Assembly: GCA_043228905.1 (NCBI GenBank)
Contig: JBHGNT010000127.1
Location: 8,005-72,004 of the forward strand
DNA from: Azolla caroliniana
Taxonomy: Eukaryota > Plantae > Polypodiophyta
Direction of reading: 5' to 3'
Length of the DNA: 64,000 nt
The notes under the pieces are model-generated. The model saw only the letters and a list, made by a program, of their open reading frames with translations, was not told the DNA's origin and made no database searches. Of this stretch, positions 57,171 to 64,000 are shown piece by piece. How positions within the stretch are numbered: position 1 is the stretch's first letter; each line of letters opens with the position of its first letter. The position numbers and the translations under genes were made by a program.

Positions 57171-59166
57171 CATATCAGAGCTAGCATTGTTAGCTTCGAT
57201 TCGCATGTTTGTACACCAAAATCCGATATCACACTCGATAGGTATGAACATTTTAATTTACTCAAGGGCTCCTCTCAACTCACTCCTCTAATTTGGTAAT
57301 TTCGTCATGTCTCTCGACCTGAGTTTCAAAATCTTTATATTTTAATTCCATATCATAGCTAGCGTTGTTAGCTTCGATTCGCATGTTTGTACACAAAAAT
57401 CCGATATCACACTTGCTAGGTATGAACATTTTAATTTTCCTACTAGCTCTTCCAACCTCACTCCTCAAATTTGGTAATTTCGTCTTGTCTCTCGACCTGA
57501 GTTTCAAAATCTTGATTTTTTAATTCCATTTCATAGCTAGCATTGTTAGCTTCGATTCGCATGTTTGAACACAAAAATGCGATATCACACGAGCCAGGTA
57601 TGAACATTTTAATTTACCTACTAGCTCTTCCCAACTCACTCCTCAAATTTGGTAATTTCATCATGTCTCTCGACCTGAGTTTCAAAATCTTGATTTTTTA
57701 ATTCCATATCAGAGCTAGCGTTGTTAGCTTCGATTCGCATGTTTGTACAGAAAAAGCCGATATCACACTTGCTAGGTATGAACATTTTAATTTACTCAAG
57801 TGCTCCTCTCAACTCACTACTCAAATTTGGTAATTTCGTCATGCCTCTCGACCTGAGTTTCCAAATCTTGATTTTTTAATTCCATATCATAGCTAGCGTT
57901 ATTAGCTTCGATTCGCATGTTTGAACACAAAAATCCGATATCACACGAGCCAGGTATGAACATTTTAATTTACCTACTAGCTCTTCCAACCTCACTCCTC
58001 AAATTTGGTAATTTCGTCATGTCTCTCGATCTGAGTTTTCAAAATATTGATTTTTTAATTCCATATCATAGCTAGCGTTGTGAGCTTCGATTCGCATGTT
58101 TGTACACAAAAATCCGATATCATACTCGCTAGGTATGAACATTTTAATTTACTCAAGGGCTCCTCTCAACTCACTCCTCAAATTTGGTAATTTCGTCATG
58201 TCTCTCGACCTGAGTTTGAAAATCTTGATTTTTTAATTCCATCTCATAGCTAGCGTTATTAGCTTCGATTCGCATGTTTGAAAACAAAAATCCGATATCA
58301 CACTCGCGAGGTATGAACATTTTAATTTACCTACTAGCTCTTCCAACCTCACTCCTCAAATTTGGTAATTTCGTCATGTCTCTCGACTTGAGTTTCAAAA
58401 TCTTGATATTTTAATTCCATATCATAGCTAGCGTTCTTAGCTTCGATTCGCATGTTTGAACACAAAAAACCGATATCACACTCGCTAGGTATGAACATTT
58501 TAATTTACTCAAGGGCTCCTCTCAACTCAGTCCTCAAATTTGGTAATTTCGTCATGTCTCTGGACCTGAGTTTCAAAATCTTGAGTTTTTAATTCCATAT
58601 CATAGCTAGCGTTGTTAGCTTCGATTCGAATGTTTGAGCACAAACATCCGATATCACAGTCGCCAGGTATGAACATTTTCATTTACCTACTAGCTCTTCG
58701 AACCTCACTCCTCAAATTTGGTAATTTCGTCTTGTCTCTCGACCTGAGTTTCAAAATCTAGATTTTCTAATTCCATATCATAGCTAGCGTTGTTAGCTTC
58801 GATTCGCATGTTTGAACACAAAAATCCGATATCACACGAGCCAGGTATGAACATTTTAATTTACCTACTAGCTCTTCCAACCTCACTACTAAAATTGGGT
58901 AATTTCGTCATGTTTCTCGACCTGAGTTTCAAAATCTCGAATTTTTAATTCCTTATCATAGCTAGCATTGTTAGCTTCGATTCGCATGTTTGTACACAAA
59001 AGAGCAAGGTATCACACTCCCTAGGTATGAACATTTTAATTTACTCAAGGGCTCCTCTCAACTCACTCCTCAAATTTGGTAATTTCGTCATGTCTCTCGA
59101 CCTGAGTTTCAAAATCTTGATATTTTACTTCCATATCATAGCTAGCGTTGTTAGCTTCGATTCGCA

Positions 59167-59324
59167 TGTTTGAACACAAAAATCCGATATCACACTAGCT
59201 AGGTATGAACATTTTAATTTACTCAAGGGCTCCTCTCAACTCACTCCTCAAATTTGGTAATTTCGTCATGTCTCTAGATTTTCTAATTCCATATTATAGC
59301 TAGCATTGTTAGCTTCGATTCGCA
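59167..59324 (+). repeat. 158-bp truncated monomer (20-bp deletion)
   Basis: catgtctctagattttctaatt at about 59267-59288; cgacctgagtttcaaaatct lost between tct microhomologies. Confidence 0.92.
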
Positions 59325-59690
59325 TGTTTGAACACAAAAATCCGATATCACGCTCGCCAGGTATGAAAATTTTAATTTACCTACTAGCTCTTCGAACCTC
59401 ACTCTTCAAATTTGGTAATTTCGTCTGGTCTCTCGACCTGAGTTTCAAAATCTAGATTTTCTAATTCCATATCATAGCTAGCGTTGATAGCTTCAATTCG
59501 CATGTTTGAACACAAAAATCCGATATCACTCTCGCCAGGTATGAACATTTTAATTTACCTACTAGCTCTTCCCAACTCACTCCTTAAATTTGGTAATTTC
59601 GTCATGTCTCTCGACCTGAGTTTCAAAATCTTGATTTTTTAATTCCATATTAGAGCTAGCGTTGTCAGCTTCAATTCGCACGTTTGTACA

Positions 59691-62600
59691 CAAAAATCCG
59701 ATATCACAGGAGCCAGGTATGAACATTTTAATTTACTAATGCGCTCTTCTAAACTCCCTCCTCAAATTTGCTAATTTCTTCATGTCTCTTGAGCTGAGTT
59801 TCGAAATCTTGATGTTTTAATTCCATATCAGAGCTAGCGTTGTTAGCTTCGATTCGCATGTTTGAACACAGAAATCCAATATCACACGAGCTAGGTATGA
59901 ACATTTTAATTAACGAACGCGCTCTTCTCCACTTCAGCCTCAAAATTGCTAATTTCTTCATGTCTCTTGAGCTGAGTTTCAAAATCTGGATTTTTTAATT
60001 CAATATTAGAGCTAGCGTTGTTAGCTTCGATTCACATGTTTGAACACAGAAATCCGATATCACACGAGCATGGTATGAACATTTTAATTTACTAACGCGC
60101 TCTTCTAAACTCCCTGTTCAAATTTGCTAATTTCTTCACGTCTCTCGATCGGAGTTTCAAAATCTTGATTGTTTAATTCCATATCATAGCAAGAGTTGAT
60201 TGCTTCGATTCGCATGTTTCAACACAGAAATCCGATATCACACGAGCGAGGTATGAACATTTTAATTTACTAATGCGCTCTTCTCCACTTCAGCCTTAAA
60301 TTTGCTAATTTCTTCATGTCTCTCGACCTGAGTTTCAAAATCTTGATTTTTTATTTCCATATCAGAGCTAGCATTGTTTGCTTCGATTCCCATGTTTGAA
60401 CACAAAAATCCGATATCACACGAGCCAGGTATGAAGATTTTAAATTACTAACGCGCCCTTCTCCACTTCCTCCTCAAACTTGCTAATCTCTTCATGTCTC
60501 TCGAGCTGAGTTTTAAAATCTTGATTTTTTATTTCCATATCAGAGCTAGCGTCGTTAGCTTCGATTAGCATGTTTGAACACAGAAATCCCATAGCACAGG
60601 ACCCAGGTATGAACACTTTAATTTACTAACGCGCTCTTCTAAACTCCCTCCTCAAATTTGCTAATTTCTTCATGTCTCTCGACCTGAGTTTCAAAATCTA
60701 GATTTTTTAATTCCATATTAGAGCTAGCGTTGTTAGCTTCGATTCGCATGTTTGAACACAGAAATCCGATATCACAGGAGCCAGGTATGAACATTGTAAT
60801 TTACTAACGCGCTCTTCTAAACTCCCGCCTCAAATTAGCTAATTTCTTCATGTCTCTCGAGCTGACTTTCAAAATCTTGATTTTTTATTTCCATATCAGA
60901 GCTAGCGTTGTTTGCTTCGATTCGCATGTTTGATCACAGAAATCCAATATCACACGAGCCAGGTATGAACATTTTAATTTACTAACGCCCTCTTTTCCAC
61001 TACCTCCTCAAATTTGCTAATTTCTTCATGTCTCTCGACCTGATTTTCAAAATCTGGATTTTTTAATTCCATATTAGAGCTAGCGTTGTTAGCTTCGATT
61101 CGCATGTTTGAACACAGAAATCCCATATCACAGGAGCCAGGTATGAACATTTTAATTTACTAATGCGCTCTTCTAAACTCCCTCCTCAAATTTGCTAATT
61201 TCTTCACGTCTCTCGACCTGAGTTCCAAAATCTTGATTTTTTTATTCCATATCAGAGCTAGCGTTGTTAGCTTCGATTCGCATGTTTGAACACAGAAATC
61301 CGATATCACACGATCCAGGTATGTACATTTTAATTTACTAACGCGCTCTTTTCCACTTCCTCCTCAAATTTGCAAATTTGTTCATGTCTCTTGACCTGAG
61401 TTTCAAAATCTGGATTTTTTATTTCCATTTCAAAGCTAGCGTCGTTAGCTTTGATTCGCATGTTTGAACACAGAAATCCGATATCACAGGAGCCAGGTAT
61501 GAACATTTTAATTTACTAACACGCTCTTCTCCACTACCTCCTCAAATTTGCTAATTTCTTCATGTCTCTCGACCTGAGTTTCAAAATCTTGATTTTTTAA
61601 TTCCATATCAGAGCTAGCGTTGTTAGCTTCGATTCGCATGTTTGAACACAGAAATCCGATATCACACGATCCAGGTATGAACATTTTAATTTACTAACGC
61701 GCTCTTTTCCACTTCCTCCTCAAATTTGCTAATTTTTTCACGTCTCTCGACCTGAGTTTCAAAATCTTGATTTTTTTATTCCATATCAGAACTAGCGTTG
61801 TTAGCTTCGATTCGCATGTTTGAACACAGAAATCCGATATCACACGATCCAGGTATGAACATTTTAATTTACTAACGCGCTCTTTTCCACTTCCTCCTCA
61901 AATTTGCTAATTTCTTCACGTCTCTCGACCTGAGTTCCAAAATCTTGATTTTTTTATTCCATATCAGAGCTAGCGTTGTTAGCTTCGATTCGCATGTTTG
62001 AACACAGAAATCCGATATCACACGATCCAGGTATCAACATTTTAATTTACTAACGCGCTCTTTTCCACTTCCTCCTCAAATTTGCAAATTTCTTCATGTC
62101 TCTTGACCTGAGTTTCAAAATCTGGATTTTTTATTTCCATATCAAAGTTAGCGTCGTTAGCTTCGATTCGCATGTTTGAACACAGAAATCCGATATCACA
62201 CGAGCCAGGTATGAACATTTTAATTTACTAACACGCTCTTCTCCACTACCTCCTCAAATTTGCTAATTTCTTCATGTCTCTCGACCTGAGTTTCAAAATC
62301 TTGATTTTTTAATTCCATATTAGAGCTAGCGTCGTTAGCTTCGATTCGCATGTTTGAACACAGAAATCCGATATCACACGATCCAGGTATGAACATTTTA
62401 ATTTACTAACGCGCTCTTTTCCACTTCCTCCTCAAATTTGCTAATTTTTTCACGTCTCTCGACCTGAGTTTCAAAATCTTGATTTTTTTATTCCATATCA
62501 GAACTAGCGTCGTTAGCTTCGATTCGCATGTTTGAACACAGAAATCTGATATCAGAGGACCCAGGTATGAACACTTTAATTTACTAACGCGCTCTTCTAA

Positions 62601-64000
62601 ACTCCCTCCTCAAATTTGCTAATTTCTTCACGTCTCTCGACCTGAGTTCCAAAATCCTAATTTTTTAATTCCATATCAGAGCTAGCGTCGTTAGCTTCGA
62701 TTCGCATGTTTGAACACAGAAATCCGATATCACACGATCCAGGTATGAACATTTTAATTTACTAACGCGCTCTTCTAAACTTCCTCCTCAAATTTGCTAA
62801 TTTCTTCATGTCTCTCGACCTGAGTTCCAAAATCTTGATTTTTTTATTCCATATCAGAGCTAGCGTTGTTAGCTTCGATTCGCATGTTTGAACACAGAAA
62901 TCCGATATCACAGGAGCCAGGTATGAACATTTTAATTTACTAATGCGCTCTTCTAAATTCCCGCCTCAAATTAGCTAATTTCTTCATGTCTCTCGACCTG
63001 AGTTTCAAAATCTGGATTTTTTATTTCCATATCAAAGCTAGCGTCGTTAGCTTCGTTTCGCATTTTTGAACACAGAAATCCGATATCACACGAGCCAGGT
63101 ATGAACATTTTAATTTACTAACACGCTCTTCTCCACTACCTCCTCAAATTTGCTAATTTCTTCATGTCTCTTGACCTGAGTTTCAAAATCTTGATTTTTT
63201 AATTCCATATTAGAGCTAGCGTCGTTAGCTTCGATTCGCATGTTTGAACACAGAAATCCGATATCACACGATCCAGGTATGAACATTTTAATTTACTAAC
63301 GCGCTCTTTTCCACTTCCTCCTCAAATTTGCTAATTTTTTCCCGTCTCTCGAGCTGAGTTTCAAAATCTTGATTTTTTTATTCCATATCAGAGCTAGCGT
63401 TGTTAGCTTCGATTCGCATTCTTCAACATAGAAAGCCAATATCACACGAGCCAGGTATGAACATTTTAATTTACTAACCCGCTCTTCTAAACTCCCTCCT
63501 CAAATTTGCTAATTTCTTCATGTCTCTCGACCTGAGTTTCAAAATCTTGATTTTTTATTTCCATATTAGAGCTAGCGTCGTTAGCTTCGATTCGCATGTT
63601 TGAACACAGAAATCCGATATCACACGAGCCAGGTATGAACATTTTAATTTACTAACCCGCTCTTCTCCACTACCTCCTCAAATTTGCTAATTCTTCATGT
63701 CTCTCGACGCGAGTTTCAAAATCTGGATTTTTTAATTCCATATCAGAGCTAGCGTTGTCAGCTTCAATTCTCATGTTTGAACACAGAAAGCCGATATCAC
63801 ACTAGCCAGGTATGAACATTTTAATTTACTAACGCGCTCTTCTAAACTCCCTCCTCAAATTTGCTAATTTCTTCACGTCTCTCGACCTGAGTTTCAAAAT
63901 CTTGATTTTTTAATTCCATATCAGAGCTAGCGTTGTTAGCTTCGATTCGCATGTTTGAACACAAAAATCCGATATCACACAAGCCAGGTATGAACATTTT
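59691..64000 (+). repeat. Satellite domain 2: distinct type C subfamily of the same 178-bp repeat (about 24 monomers visible)
   Basis: From 59731 monomers read atttactaa(c/t)gcgctctt(ctaaactccc/ctccactacc/ttccacttcc)tcctcaaatttgctaatttcttca, mostly with cacagaaatcc and cacgagcc/caggagcc/cacgatcc. No A or B monomers occur after this point. Confidence 0.95.
61200..63400 (+). repeat. Incipient higher-order repeat in subfamily C (712-bp 4-mer, then 890-bp 5-mer)
   Basis: tgcaaatt 61371/62083, aattttttca 61731/62443, acacgctc 61519/62231/63121. Confidence 0.8.

Larger units (their letters stand above)
1..59690 (+). repeat. Satellite domain 1: interspersed type A and type B monomers with higher-order repeats
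   Basis: After aatttac, monomers carry either tcaag(g/t)gctcctctcaac (A) or ctactagctctt(cccaac/ccaacc/cgaacc) (B), usually followed by tttggtaatttcgtcatg. Confidence 0.95.
1..64000 (+). repeat. Tandem satellite DNA array, 178-bp monomer, about 360 head-to-tail copies (putative centromeric/pericentromeric satellite); runs off both window edges
   Basis: Anchor tgtttg recurs at 1, 179, 357 and onward (period 178). Consensus: tgtttgaacacaaaaatccgatatcacactcgccaggtatgaacattttaatttactcaagggctcctctcaactcactcctcaaatttggtaatttcgtcatgtctctcgacctgagtttcaaaatcttgattttttaattccatatcatagctagcgttgttagcttcgattcgca. No non-satellite sequence and no inversion seen. Strand is arbitrary; centromeric function is inference from monomer size and organisation. 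Confidence 0.99.

Noticed and set aside
57280-59982. 75-aa and 77-aa minus-strand ORFs
   Set aside because: Chance stop-codon loss in diverged monomers; their mutual similarity just reflects the repeat.
1-64000. CRISPR-like array or other prokaryotic repeat-spacer system (constant box plus variable cassette)
   Set aside because: The variable segments are a few homologous alleles, not unique spacers. The unit is 178 bp, and there are no cas genes, leader or any coding DNA.
1-64000. Assignment to Arabidopsis CEN178, Brassica CentBr or primate alpha satellite; CENP-B box
   Set aside because: Only the length is similar. I do not recognise those consensus sequences here, and cttcgattcgcatg lacks the CGGG part of the CENP-B box. 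A database search is needed to name the family.
1-64000. Tandem 5S rRNA/tRNA/snRNA genes, transposon insertions, telomeric repeats or inversions
   Set aside because: No such motifs were recognised; every segment read aligns to the monomer in the same orientation.

Overview
The whole 64-kb window is one uninterrupted, head-to-tail, single-orientation tandem satellite array. It has a 178-bp monomer (about 360 copies, about 38% GC by hand count of a consensus monomer). The size and organisation are typical of a eukaryotic, plant-like centromeric or pericentromeric satellite, but I cannot assign species or family name from the sequence. There are no genes, RNA genes, transposons or CRISPR arrays; all listed ORFs are chance read-throughs of the repeat. 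I found no novel gene system. The interest lies in the array architecture. (1) From 1 to about 59,700, two monomer types are interspersed (A: ttactcaag(g/t)gctcctctcaac; B: ttacctactagctctt...), organised in nested, variable-length higher-order repeats with offsets such as 890, 1038, 1195, 1246, 2315, 4170, 4549, 4810 and 5825 bp. (2) Several truncated monomers (127, 75, 96, 148, 158 bp) and a 179-bp monomer serve as lineage markers. (3) At about 59,700 there is an abrupt, in-register switch to a third subfamily (C: ttactaacgcgctctt...tttgctaatttcttca), with the most diverged monomers next to the boundary.
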